From: Octopus vulgaris
Taxonomy: Eukaryota
Direction of reading: 5' to 3'
DNA: 64,000 nucleotides
Assembly (NCBI GenBank): GCA_951406725.2
Contig: OX597816.1
Location: 58,032,001 to 58,096,000 of the forward strand
Shown: positions 48,100 to 62,206 of the stretch, piece by piece
Layout: every line of letters starts with the position of its first letter
Numbering within the stretch: position 1 is the stretch's first letter
Notes under the pieces: model-generated
What the model was told of the DNA's origin: nothing
The model's input: only the letters and a program-made list of their open reading frames with translations
The model's database searches: none
Translations under genes and position numbers: made by a program

Positions 48100-51000
48100 A
48101 TGTATTGCGATGTAAGTCAAGTCCCAATTATGAACAGGATCAAAGCCTTCCCACAGGAAACCAACAAAAACATTATGAAGCAGAATATACAACATATCTA
48201 AAGAATATGTAATGATAGAGACGAAACCACAAATTATTTCCTCTCTGGTTTCCCAGTTTTAGCCAAGAAATAATACAATCATTGCCAGGAAAAGAGAATA
48301 TCAAACTTTCAAAGAAAGAAACTTCACTCAATGTTCTTCAAAAATACAAAAAAAGTTAAGGAATGACATGGATAGGTGGATATGGTTAAAGAAAAGAGAA
48401 CTGAAGAAAGAGACCGTGGCGGGAATGATTTTAGCTGCATAGGAACAAGTCTTAAAAGTTAACTGGATGAAGAGAACGATAGAACAGCAAAACTGCTTGC
48501 CGAAATGCAAAGTGTGTGATGATTCAAAGAAGATCAGAAACACACTGAACCAGAATATTTTCTTGTGTGCTTGCAGTCAATGGAAGAATTTACCTCCAAG
48601 ACTTAACCCTCAACATGGTTACTTCAGTCATTCAACTAGACACAACCTAACCAGACAACAGAACTTCTCCCTCCACCCACATTACAATATTAAAAATAAA
48701 TTTAACCCAAACCACATCAACCATAGACAATATAACAACCCTCGGTACAACCATAATCCAGTACGCTATACAGTCACTCCACCACAAACATACTACCACA
48801 GACACACTTTACACCCATTTTCTCCTCAGCGAACCAAATACAATACAGACTTTCCACAACAATCCACTTACTACAACCATTTTTTAGACCTAAATCAGAG
48901 AAACACAGATGTGAAATGGAACAAAATGTACAAGAACAACCGAAAATAATCAACTTATCAAAATCAAAGAAAATCCTAAGTGTTACACAAACTAAAATGC
49001 TAGCAAGAGGTTTAAAGTTCACACCAACCCCTCGCAGATCGAAACCGAATGAAATTAAGGATAACACTATGGATTTCTGCCGAAAATTACGCCTCACAGA
49101 AGAACTTCACAAATACACCAGCGAAGATGTCTCAACAGTAAAAAACAAAAGTGAATACTGTCCTACAAAAGGCAGAAATAAAGCACTTGATGCTTTTTGT
49201 GAACACATTACCAGTTTTCCTTTTAATATCCAACAAAAACAACGAATTAAATCCAACCTTAACGTAAATGAATGGAAAAACCTAATCGAGTTAAAAAATG
49301 ATATAAACCTCACCATTAAAGAAGCCGACAAAGGAAGTGCGGATAGACACAGAGTACTACAAAAATTTAATACTCTCCATGTTGGAAAATAATATTTACT
49401 ATGAGAAGATAGTACAATACAACCCACAGAAGACACTTAAAAACTTATCCTCCTTCATTCAAATACATCGAAAGGATCTCACTAAAAATGAAATTGACTA
49501 TTTATCCAATTTTAAATACAGACCTAGTCTATTCTATGGATTACCTAAAATACACAAAAAAATCTACATATTTGTAAAGCTTGCAAAGTTTCCCCAAGCC
49601 TATGCATCAATGTTCCTCCCCCTACTGACCTCAAACTGAGACCCATCATTGCTGGCCCTGCTTGTGAAACCCACCGTTTGAGCAACTTCCTCGACATCTT
49701 ACTCAAATCGTTTCTAAAATATGTGAAAAGCTTCACCAGGGATGACTTAAACATGCTTAACCACCTCCCGAAGACAATAAATGAAGGAACCCTGTTAGTA
49801 TCAATCAATGTGGTGAATCTGTACACTAATATCCTACACGATTATGGCATAGAAGCAATCACCTTCTGGCTATAAAAATACCCAGAAGTGATCTCAGGAT
49901 GCATCAACCACAGATTCATAATCGCAGCACTCAAATTCATCCTACTGAACAACTATTTCATGTTCGATACAATTTACTATCGACAAAAATGTGGAATTGC
50001 AATGGGAACCCGAGGTGCTCCAGTGATTGCGAACCTTGTAATGGGTTACCTAGAACTTAAAATATACTAATTATCGCTACAAAAATATGGCAGTCATTTC
50101 ATTGCTATTTAAAGGAGAACTGGAAGAGGTAATTGGACAATTGCTTTATACTTTGGAATGATAGCATGGCCAAACTCCTCGATTTTAAAATAATGCTTAA
50201 CAATATTAATAGCAACATACAATTCACCATGGAGCACAGCGGTAAACAACTCCCTTTTCTTGTCATCCTAATTAAAATAGTCAATAACCACATCAAAACA
50301 GACATCTTCTATAAACCCACAGATTCTAAACAATACCTATTATTCAAGTCATGCTACCCCAAACGCATAAAAATTAATATTCCTTATAATCTAGCGAAAA
50401 GAATCTGTACCATAGTTTCGGACACCTATGCTCGTGAACGAAGACTCCTTGAACTCAGATCTATACTAATCAAAAGACATTACCCAATATCATTAATACA
50501 TGATGGCATTAAACGAGTTAAGGAAATAGATATACGAACATTAAGGGCAGTCAACCGAAATACTACACCGGACTTTAAAATACTCCCATACATCTCCACA
50601 CATAACCATAGAAACAACGAAGCCTTCAACATTATCAACCAAAATCTACCCATCCTCACAGGAGATAAACCAATGAACAAAATTTTAGGCTCACACAAAA
50701 TTATCAAAAACAAAATTATTAACCAATGCAAGACTATATCCATTAACAACGGAACCAAAAGTGAAAAACTGAGTTCGACCTAACTGTGGGACATGACTCC
50801 CACCTTTTGGAGGGTTCAGAGTTCCTCTTTAAACAAGGTGAAATATTTAAGATTAAATCAAATTTCACCTCGGAAAAATCTAATCTATGCCATTACATAC
50901 TTAGGGTGTGGTAATCATCATATTGGCCAAACAGGAATATCACTCCATCGAAGAAACCACTCCACAAAGAACAAATCCGCCATCCACAATACAGGCAGAT

Positions 51001-51440
51001 ACAGGTCAGTGAACACATAGATAGGTGTCCTAGGAACCTTAATCTTAATTTCTTAATTTTCCCCTTCTATCAATGTTCACAGAACACCTCAGTACAACAA
51101 AGAATGTATAAAGAGGCAACTTTCGTCAATAAATATCTTCCACTACTCAATATGAACTCTACTACTAACCTTTCGATTAATACCACCCATACATCCCATA
51201 CACCATTCACATTACAGATTTATATCTACCCTAATTGCACCAAATACAGAACTACTTACCTCCCTTACACATAATCTTTTTACTCAGGGACTAGTAGACC
51301 CGACACCGTTCGGTAATCGGTGCGCATTCAAAGGAGTGATCAGTAATTTTACGAAACCGGTATGCTTTTGGATCTCTCTAACAAATCACAATAACGACTT
51401 TTATTACTTTTATTCCTACCTCAGTTCATCTAATTGTATA
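48100..51440 (+). mobile_element. Near full-length Penelope-like retroelement (RT + GIY-YIG), pseudogenised
   Basis: LARGLKFTPTP, IKEADKGS, FYGLPKIHK, LRPIIAG, VVNLYTNI, GIAMGTRGAPVIANL, decayed catalytic motif (R*LDN), QLPFL, NLIYAITYLGCGNHHIGQTG. The 5' boundary is approximate. Confidence 0.9.
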
Positions 51441-51523
51441 TATCTATCGTTACTTTTCATAAAAAGCCTTTACTTTTTCTGATTTCCAATGTGCATTTTC
51501 GCTTATTTTTCTTCTTACTTTCC

Positions 51524-51633
<110 letters not shown>

Positions 51634-52222
51634 GAGTGTGTGTGTATCTTTGTGTCTGTGCTTGTCCACCGCTTGACAACCAGTGTTGGTATGTTTACAT
51701 CCCCGTAACATAGCGGTTCGGAAAAGGAGACTAATAGAATATGCGCCATGTTTATAAAAAAAAAGCTACGTTCTGGTGTCGATTCGTTCGACTGAAATTC
51801 TTCGAGATAGTTCCCCTGCATGGCCGCAGTCTAAGGAATGAGACGAGTAAAGAATTAGCTGGGGAATAAGTGCAGTGGAGAATACATATTCGGCAAGAAT
51901 TAACCAAAATGTCCTCAATAGAAAGTAAAAACAGATACGAAGAACGGAAAACACTTTTCTAGAGAAGGAACAAAAAGGATCAGGCGTTGTGTGGGTGGAT
52001 ATGAAGCAGAAGTGGATGGAGTGCGGCACCGATTCTGCGAAACAACAGAACATAATGATTATAGCGCAGGAGTGGCTGTGTGGTAAGAAGCTTGCTTCCC
52101 AATCACATGGTTCCAAGTTCACTCCCACTGCGTGGCACCTTGGGAAAGTGCCTTCTTCTCTAGCCTCAGGCCGACCAAAGCCTTGTGAGTTGTTTTGGTA
52201 GACGGAAACTGAAATAAGCCCA

Positions 52223-52288
<66 letters not shown>

Positions 52289-52433
52289 ATTTGAAAACCC
52301 CACTGGAATGGGAGAAAGCGCTAATAATCCGAATGATATGATCTGAATGATATGATATATATATGTAAAAAATGTAATATATAAATAAATATCTATAAAT
52401 ATGAACCATCCGATCTTCTGATTACCTCATTTC

Positions 52434-52472
<39 letters not shown>

Positions 52473-52951
52473 AATATAAGAGAGTGGTCACTATATGTCT
52501 CACCCTAGCACTAGTTAATCCAAAAGGTTTCAACCACAAAAATACATGTTTCCCATGAAAGTCAGTACGATTGTTAGCTCACATGGACAGGGCAAATAAA
52601 AAATAACAAAAATACAGATTATTTTTGGACAATTGTTTCGCTATTAATGAATTAAATGTAATTTTACTTACAAAAAAATCCACTTGTAGCTCGTCAGCCA
52701 AAACTATCTGGATGAAATCCACTCAATCACACGCCAGATTTTACCATAACGATAAATACACGTGTGGTTCAATTGATTACATCCGACGTTATAATTCGAA
52801 TGCCCCAACCAACAGCGCGCCAAACCACACGTGTATTTATCGTTATGGTAAAATCTGGCCACTTGGTGTTGAATGGATATACTATTAAATTAGTATCTAA
52901 TTCTCTCACCCTTATTAATTAATTATATATATATATACATACATATATATA

Positions 52952-53114
52952 TAGGCGGAGGAGTGGGTGTGTGGTAAGAAGCTTGCTTCCAAGTCACATG
53001 GTTCCGGGTTCAGTCCCACTATGTGGCACCTTGGGCAAGTTTCTTCTACTATAGCCTCGGACTGACTAGAACCCTTGTAAGTGGATTTGGTAGACGGAAA
53101 CTGAAAGAAGCCTG

Positions 53115-53166
<52 letters not shown>

Positions 53167-53370
53167 GTGTGTGTATGTATGTATTTGCGTGTCTGTGTTT
53201 ATGCCCCCCCCACCATTGCTTGACAACCGATGCTGGTGTGTTTACGTTCCCGTAACTTAGCGGTTCGGCAAAAAGATACAGATACAATAAGTCGATTTGT
53301 TCGACTAAATGCGGTGCTCCTGCATGGCCGCAGTCAAATGACTGAAACAGGTAAAAGAATAAAAGAATAA
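52952..53370 (+). mobile_element. Family A SINE
   Basis: Head, CA/TA tract and tail as in 5366-5775. Confidence 0.8.
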
Positions 53371-53581
53371 CAATATTATCAACAACAGAATATGTGCGCG
53401 AGCATGCGTTTAAATATGCAAAGTAGTTAAGTCACGTGGAAGAGTTTCTCAATTTATTCAAAGGAGTCAGTCACAATAGTGACAGATTGAAATATACGAA
53501 TGAAATGTATAAGTCGGTGTAGCAAAGGATCTTCAGCTGGGACTCAGATTAGCAACTGACTGATTCGACCAAAATAAAATA

Positions 53582-54511
53582 CAGCAGAACCTCGCAGAAT
53601 CGTGCGAATATTTGTCTTAAAGTACGAGCAGAAATCTGCAGTGCGAGCACACAAACCGTCTCATCTTTAAAGTAATTCAGTTAGGCGAGCGGGCAGAAAC
53701 GTTAGTATGCCGGGCGAAATGCTTAGCGACATTTCGTCTGCCTATACGTTCTGAGTTCAAATTCCGCCGAGGCCGACTTTGCCTTTCATCCTTTCGGGGT
53801 CGACAAATTAAGTACCAGTTACGCACTGGGGTCGATGTAATCGACTTAATCCGTTTGTGTGTCTTTATTTGTCCTCTCTGTGTTTAGCCCCTTGTGGGTA
53901 GTAAAGAAATAGGTATCTCGTCTGCCTGTACGTTCTGAGTTCAAATTCCGCCGAGGTCGACTTTGCCTTTCATCCTTTCGGGGTCGACAAATTAAGTACC
54001 AGTTACGCACTGGGGTCGATGTAATCGACTTAATCCGTTTGTGTGTCTTTATTTGTCCTCTCTGTTTTTAGCCCCTTGTGGGTAATAAAGAAATAGGTAT
54101 TTTGTCTGTCTTTGCGTTCTGAGTTCAAATGCCGCCGGGGTCTACTTTTCCTTTCATCCTTTCAGAGTCGATAAATTAAGAACCAGCTGCGTACTGGGGT
54201 CGATCTAATCGACTACTCCCCCACCCAAATTTCGGGCCTTGTTCCTAGAATAGAAAAGAATTCAGTTAATAAAACGAGTTTACATATTTCTTTTGCATTC
54301 TCTTTTTCACAATTGTCATTTTGCTTGTAACTACACCTTCTCTGTTTTAAAACCCATAAAAAAATTATCTTCGGTTGGTTTATGATGGGTGGAACGGATT
54401 AATCATATTTTAGTTAATTTCAATGAGGAAAATTGATTTGTAAAACGAGCAAATCGTAAGACGAGATCGGTCATGGAACGAATTAAACACGTATTGCGAG
54501 TTATCACTCTA
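53582..54511. mobile_element. pogo/Tigger-like MITE interrupted by a family B SINE concatemer
   Basis: Degenerate ends tacagcagaacctcgc / gcgagttatcactctata. Confidence 0.45.
53684..54258 (+). mobile_element. Family B SINE concatemer (one head, three core units) with 10-bp TSD
   Basis: gttctgagttcaaat recurs at about 184-bp spacing. TSD aattcagtta at 53674-53683 and 54259-54268. Confidence 0.85.
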
Positions 54512-56907
54512 TATTATTAATCTCTGCTATGCTATCGAGCACTCTTTTTTTCCCGATAGTCAACATTAAACACACGCGTGCACATACACAGTGATGGCTT
54601 AGCTGGCCGCAACTTCGAAGTTACTGTCGATAGTAGTTTTTTGTTTAAAGAATAATAAATTTGTACTCTACAAAAGTATGGAGTAACCTTTCAGATTAAA
54701 ATTGTTTTTCTTATAACTGAATATAAAAACAAACAGTGATGCACACACACACAGTCACGTGAGCACACACGCAGATACACTCACACACACACACACAATG
54801 CAAGTTGTATGCATTAATCATGTGCCAATGAGGAGAAAAATTTAACTACATTCACAGAAACACCATCTTCAGGGACATGAAAATCCTCAAGAGACACAAA
54901 ACCAAAATATGAAATCAGTAAAAACGAACAAATAGGCGAATGGGAAAAGAAACCAGTTAAAGATGTTGCGCAGATGTATTTGAAGCGGGGTGGAGGGTGT
55001 TGGAACAATAGAAGGAAACAAGGCTGTAGAAAAATAATAGAAAAAAGCTTCTTTAGATTCGCCAAATCATCAGTCTCTGAGTATCTCAAAGCTGTCCACT
55101 GTTTGAGGGAAGTGAAATACTCGATGCACATCTGAAGGAAAGAGATGAAGTTGGTATTCCATCGGCTACGAGGCTGAGGGTTCCAGTTGATTAACAGAAG
55201 CGCCTACTCATGAAATTAACGTGCAAGTGGCTGAGCACTCCACAGACACGTGTACCCTTAATGTAGTTCTTAGAGAGATTCTGGCCTCAAGTACAATTCA
55301 TTTTTGCCAGCTGTGTGAACTGGTGCAACATGAAATAAAATGTCTTGTTCGAGGACACAACATGCGGTTGGGAATCGAACTCACTGCCTTACGACTGTGA
55401 GCTGAATGCCCTAACTATTAAGTCATGCGCCTTCATGACATAGTTATTCACTAAGTAATCCAATATTTTCTGCACCCTTTTGGTACGTAAGCAAATGTCT
55501 AAAACAGCAGAGATCTTTCAAACTGGAATTGACGTAACAGCTGCCAGACATCAAATGATTGTAAATTTAACAAGGCGGCGAGCTGGCAGAATCGTTAGGA
55601 TGCTGGGCAAAATGCTTGAGCGGTATTTCGCCTGTCTTTACGTTCTGAGTTCAAATGCCGCCAGGGTCGACTTTGCCTTTCATCCTTTCGATGTCGATAA
55701 ATTAAGTACCAGTGAAACTCCGGGGTCGATGTAATCGACTGGTCCCCTCCACCGAAATTTCAGGCCTAGCGTCTATATTAGAAAGGATTATAAATATAGC
55801 AATAAGTTCCGAATTCTGAATCCACATAGAAACGAGTTGGAATGAATTATATGGGAGACAATTGCTTGTGTTTCTGGAAGAAAATAATTGACTAAATGAT
55901 GTCCAGTGTTTCTTCTGCTCTGATAGAATCTGCTTTACACATAGAAGAACAATGTAGATCAGAGATTTTCGTTCCAGACTCGTCCAAAAGAAAAGATTTC
56001 CTGATGTTATGTGACTAAGAAAACAATAAATAACTGGCAGAAAGGAACCGCAAGCCGCTGGTGTACTGTAAATGTCGAAAATGAGAGCAACAGGTTCGCC
56101 TTCAGAAAGCTAAACCTTTTCATAGGCACAAATTTTTCAAGCTTCAGACCACGGGCTATACATACATACATACATACATACATACATACATACATACATA
56201 CATACGTACGTACGTACGTACGTACATACATACACACACACACATACATACATACACGCATACATACATACATACATACATACATACATACATACATACA
56301 TACATACATACATAAAAGCATGCGTATGTATATATGTATCTATGTATATATGCATGTGTAAGTGAAAATGGAAGCGCTGAGTGCGCGAGAAAATTACCGT
56401 ATTGGTTGCGGTCCTTAATAGTAACCACACTAAACTTTCTTCTTGATGCGTGATCCCGTTGGGTTCTCTGCAGCCCGAATCGCTCTATAATACAAAGAAC
56501 ACATCTATTGTGGGGAAAACAAACGAAATTACAATCTATGTTTTTGTCATATCGTTATTTCAACTGTTACATATGTTTCTGTGTTCGATAATTGACGACG
56601 TCATATAAATGCAATTTACGGAGATCATATGATGTTTTCATGTCTTGTCGTTGAAAGCACGAAACAGGTAGTAACATGTAGTAACATGTAGTAATAAACA
56701 GTCGACAACTGAGGAGGAGGAGTTAGACTTCTTTTGGAATTTTGTCCTGTACTTATCTCTGTGTGTTTACGTATTTTTCACTACATGGTTCCGGGTTCAG
56801 TCCCACTGCGTGGCACCTTGGGCAAATGTCTTCCACTATAGCCTTGGGTCGACCAAAGCCTTGTGAGCAGATTTGGTAGACGGAAACTGAAAGAAGCCCG
56901 TCGTATG

Positions 56908-56968
<61 letters not shown>

Positions 56969-57249
56969 GTATGTGTGTGTATATGTTCGTGTGTCTCTGT
57001 TTGTCTCCCCCCCACGACGTTTGACGTTTGTTAGAGTTGTTGTGAGGTTGTTGTGATTATGGATCCTTGATTCTCCTCCCTCCCTCCCTCTTCCCCCCCT
57101 CAACCAATTAAGTCATCAACAATTTAGCTGAACTTGTGTACAGCACTAGCTGCCCTTAAGTCAATTTGGAGACTTGTTAATTTATTCCTGTGTGTGTGCA
57201 TCCGTGTGTGCGTATGTAGCGTATGAATGTGTGTATATGTATATATATG

Positions 57250-57313
<64 letters not shown>

Positions 57314-57721
57314 AATATAAATATCCTTATACTAAAATGCACATAGATACACCGATGCGTGTGTATATATATATGTATGTATGTGTATGTGTGTGTGGTT
57401 AGAAGAGGAGGTGAGAGAAAGGGAGTGAGAGTGTGGGGATGAGAGAAGGGGAGAGAGAAGTGAAAACAAAGTAAAGCGTTTGTCTCCGGGAGGGGGCGGA
57501 GACATTGGACATTAAAGATGTGGAATAAGAATTCAATTTCAAAACATTTCTTGTATGTCAAAGCAACTTCGGTTGTTTTCTTCGTTCTTCGTTACCCGCC
57601 CCTCTTCAACCCCACCACACATACAAGCACAAACACACGCACATATACACGCACGCAAATACACACACACACACGTACACGCACGCACACACACACACAC
57701 ACACACACACGTACACGCACG

Positions 57722-57766
<45 letters not shown>

Positions 57767-58399
57767 ATGTCTCTGCGTATTTATTCCTGATTTGAACATA
57801 TCGTTGAGGTTCCAGCATGGCCACAGTTTAATGGCCGAGAAAAGCAAAAGAACAGAACAAATAAAGGATAGAGAATAGCATAAAACATTATAACCAACAA
57901 AGATTAACAGATAATCCGTCGATGGAATCCATAGAAGACTTAGAACATGGCTCATTATCAAGAGAGGACTCGAGGTGAATAGAGTTCACGGTTAACAGAT
58001 GACTCAATATGGAGTTGATTGCCACTCCGTCGGTTACGACGACCAGGGTTCCAGTTTATCCGATCAATGGAACAGCCTGCTCGTGAAATTAATGTGAAAG
58101 TGGCTGAGCACTCTACAGACACGTGTACCCCTAACATAGTTCTCGGGAAGATTCAGAGTGACACAGATTGTGACAAGGCTTTGAAATACAGGTACAATAG
58201 AAACAGAAAGAAAGAGTGAGAGAAAGCTGTGGTGAAAGAGTTCAGAAGGGTTCGCCATCAACCCCTGACGGAATCTCGTGGAGCGTTAGGTGTTTTCGAT
58301 CAATAAACACTCACAACGCCCGGTCTGGGAATCGAAACCACGATCCTACGACTGCGAGTCCGCTGCCCAAACCACTAGGCCATTGCGCCCTCACCCTCA

Positions 58400-58950
58400 A
58401 AATCTATTATCAATGTGTTTAGACTTTCCCACTCTCATCTTCAGGAGGAAGTGATGTATGTGTGTTGCTGCAGCTTTATAGTAGTCTGTATGAAAACGAC
58501 TAAATGATTGAGATACACGCTACTGTTGGGGTTTGAATTTTGACAGCAAATTTTATACGTCATCAGCCAGAGGGTTGTTGTTGTTTGTGTTTAGTGTGTG
58601 TTGTTTGTGTTTATCTTAGGGCTATGCTGAGTTATGAATATTGCTTTCATCATTAATCGTTGATTGTTATGGCGAATCCTGTAGAGTACGGATGTATTGT
58701 CCACCAATGTTTTCCTCCTAAATTTTGTTCTATGCTCTGTGCTGAAATGCATCGCAATTATTCCTTGTTGTTAGTGCATGGTGAACCGACTGTGTATTGT
58801 CGTACATGTATGGCTATTGAAACAATTTGTGTCGTATCGTTGAAACAGTTAGAGTCGTTAGTTTATAACTTACACGTTTGCAACGGAATTTATAAATCCC
58901 ATTGGCTATCGATAACTTGTTCACTGATTTTCTCTCCTGTGGCTCGCAAA
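58400..58950 (-). mobile_element. Decayed PLE GIY-YIG 3' remnant
   Basis: Minus strand NGIYKFRCK ... RLMMKAIFITQHSPKIN, followed by CTGATGA/CTGAAGA motifs. Confidence 0.5.
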
Positions 58951-59678
58951 CAAGGCCTTTGAATTTTTGAGGGCTTTTTTTTTTTATAGTGTGATATTGG
59001 TTTCACATTTTGGCACAAGGCTAGAAATTTCAGGGTAGAGGACGAGTCAGTTGCCTTGACCCCAGAGATTAACCGATACTTATTTTATCGACCCCGAAAG
59101 GATGAAAGGCAAAGTCGACTTTGGCAGAATTTGAACTAAGAACGTAAGACGGGTGAAATGCTTCTAAGCATTTTCCCTGGTGTGCTAACGATTCTGCCAG
59201 CTCGCCGATTTTTTTTTTTTTTTTTTGTGGTATAATAGCATAAATCTGTCTTTAAGTCTCAAGTGTATCTCAACAGATTTTCTATTTAATTTAGAGCCAC
59301 CACTGAAAGTTGCGACGTTTCGTATACGAATACGTCTATGTAAACGATGCGATCGAAGACAGAAAAATAAGTAATGAGTGGTGTATATCTACACTTCAAA
59401 AGTCGTTTTCAGCACCACATCCAATCCATTAAACATCCAAATTGCTTAAATAGCCACTAAGTTTAGCGGTGTAACACAATTAAGTCAATTTACATATTAT
59501 TTAGAGCCACCACTGAAAGTTACGACGTTTCTACCAGCATTTATCGTTAATATAATGTATTCTATGCACTAGGTTTTTAATTGTCATCTTGGTTCGGCCT
59601 CACACTGATGCTTGTCATTGAATCTTTTCTCAATTTTCTTCCTTGCCTTATATATATATGTGTGTGTATGTGTGTGTA

Positions 59679-59719
<41 letters not shown>

Positions 59720-59849
59720 TTGTGTGTGTGTATGTATATATACACACACATATATATATACATATATGTCTGTGTGTATATATATATATATATGTATATG
59801 TACACACACATATATATATACATGTATATATGTGTGTGTATGTGTGTCA

Positions 59850-60530
59850 TTATTTAGTTATATTTCAAAATGTCTTGCCAATAGAGAAAGAACCGGTTTC
59901 TAACCTAGATCCAAAGCTCCTTCATTGGAATTTCAACATCAACAACATGGTATCTTTGTATGTATATCTGTCTGTATGTATGTATGTATGTATATGTGCA
60001 GATTTGTATGTTTTGCTTTATGTATGTATTCTCATGCATATAGTTGCATATCTAGACATGCTCATATATATATTTAAATGATAAACTTCTGGAAAGTTTT
60101 ACACATTTTTACAGTTCCAGTGATGGATTGGATCTGTAGTCTTCGAATCAGCTTTCTCCTTTCTGGTTTTGAGAAGTCTAATTTCTCAAGATCGGGACAT
60201 AGGCCGTGTGTTACATATCCCAGTGCCCAATAATTACAGGTATAAACAAAAACTTATAATCTGGATAGAGTAACTGCAGATTTCTCAATAGTTCAGTATA
60301 GGTGTTCCCTTTTTCACTGATCTTCAGCTTTATGTAACATCCATGGGGCAGCTAATTTCCACAACTGTGCACAGTTTTCTTCTCCCTCCCAAATCATTAT
60401 ATCAGGTCTGTTGTGCTTATATTTTATTGAGGTCTTCACTGGGACATTACACCAGTACTCCTTTTTATTACTAGTGGCTATGGCTTCTACTGTGGGTTCT
60501 TATTTCTTTATCCTTGGTGTTATCCATCCA
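59850..60530 (-). mobile_element. 3' fragment of a restriction-like-endonuclease LINE (R4/NeSL-like)
   Basis: KEYWCNVPVKTSIKYKHNRPDIMIW...VVEISCP...FIPVIIG..GYVT, a PD-(D/E)xK-type RLE pattern with frameshifts. Confidence 0.7.
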
Positions 60531-60635
60531 TATGCATGTATGTATGTATGTATGTATGTATGTATGTATGTATGTATGTATGTATGTATGTATGTATGTA
60601 TGTATGTATGTATGTATGTATGTGTGTGTGTGTGT

Positions 60636-61352
60636 ATAGAAGCTCTTGTGTTAAAGCAAAGGCTCAGATGGAGTGGTCATCTGGTCAGGATGAAGGATTC
60701 AAGGATGCCAAAACAACTCTTTTATGGAGAGTTAGCTAAAGGAGAACGACCTCCACATAAACCAAAAAAGACGTATAAGGACTTGCTGAAGGCTTCCTTA
60801 AGAGATGCTTGCATCTCCCCTGACACATGGGAAGGTATAGCTATTGATCGTAGCAGGTGGAAAAGGATTGTGCACGAGGGGACAGCCACTTTTGAGAAAT
60901 CTCGAGTTGCACATGAGAAAGTAAGGAGGGATGTCAGGAAGGGCATCGCTGTTACACTTCCAGATGAGAAGGTCTTCCTATGATGCTGACATGCAGTGTC
61001 TGTGCAAGACCCTGCCTCAGTAAAGCTGGACTCAAGAGTCATCTTCGTAGTCATAAAGCGAGACAGGTGAGAGACAACCTAGCCACTGGTGGTGGTGTTA
61101 CGCACCATACTAATCATATCTGCCAGGCATGTGGAAGAGAGTGTAATTCGGCAAGAGGACTTAAACGACATGCAAAGGTACATGAAGCCCAGTTACACTA
61201 CAGCCGGCTATTACCGGTAAAGGTTTTAGTTGCCAATTCTGTACAAGACATTGTAGATCTTTAGCTGGGTTAAAAAGTCACATTCGATCGCAGCACCAAT
61301 AACAGTTAAGCTTCGTGCAATGGCCATACTCGATAAGGAGGGGGCAGCCATC
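60636..61352 (+). mobile_element. RTE-clade LINE 3' fragment with C-terminal C2H2 zinc fingers
   Basis: QRLRWSGHLVRMKDSRMPKQLFYGEL, DRSRWK, then CSVC..GLKSHLRSH, CQAC..GLKRHAKVH, CQFC..GLKSHIRSQH. Confidence 0.85.
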
Positions 61353-62041
61353 ATGTATGTGTGTGTGTATGTATGCATGCGTGTGTGTATGTATGCTTGT
61401 ATTTATGAATGTATGTATTTATATATGTATATATGTATGTATGTATGTATGTATGCATGTATGCATGTATTTATGTATGTATTATTTGCTCTAGAATGCA
61501 ACACGCCGCTCGGACTGTGAATCGAACCCAAGATCTAGCGATTGTGAGCGCAACATTCTAACCACTGAGCTATCAGTATCTATATTTATCGATCGGTAGA
61601 TAGGTAGATATACATATTTACATGCATACACAGACACATACAGATACACACGCACGCGCACGCGCACACACACACACATGGTGTTTCGGGGTGCGACAAA
61701 AGATTCTTGGATTCACCAGTCTCGATAAAGGTTTCAACGGCAAACGTACGCATCGGTCCAAAGCATAATGGTAGCTGAGAGAAAAACGATAAAACGTTTG
61801 CTACATGAAGACGCCCTTACCACCTGCCTAACTTCCCTATCTCCACATCAATGGCCGTGTAAAATATGTGAGTTTTATTTTTTTTTGCTTTTTGTCAGGC
61901 TCTGTTTATATGATGTATGTATGTCTCTTCTCTTTTTTAATTATTATAAATCTTCCACCGAGGAGAGAGCCGGTTTCCTACAAAGATACAAGGTTCTATC
62001 TTTGGGATGTAGTTAACACAGACAAATTCATATTTGGAACT

Positions 62042-62192
<151 letters not shown>

Positions 62193-62206
62193 TGTGTGTG
62201 TGTATA

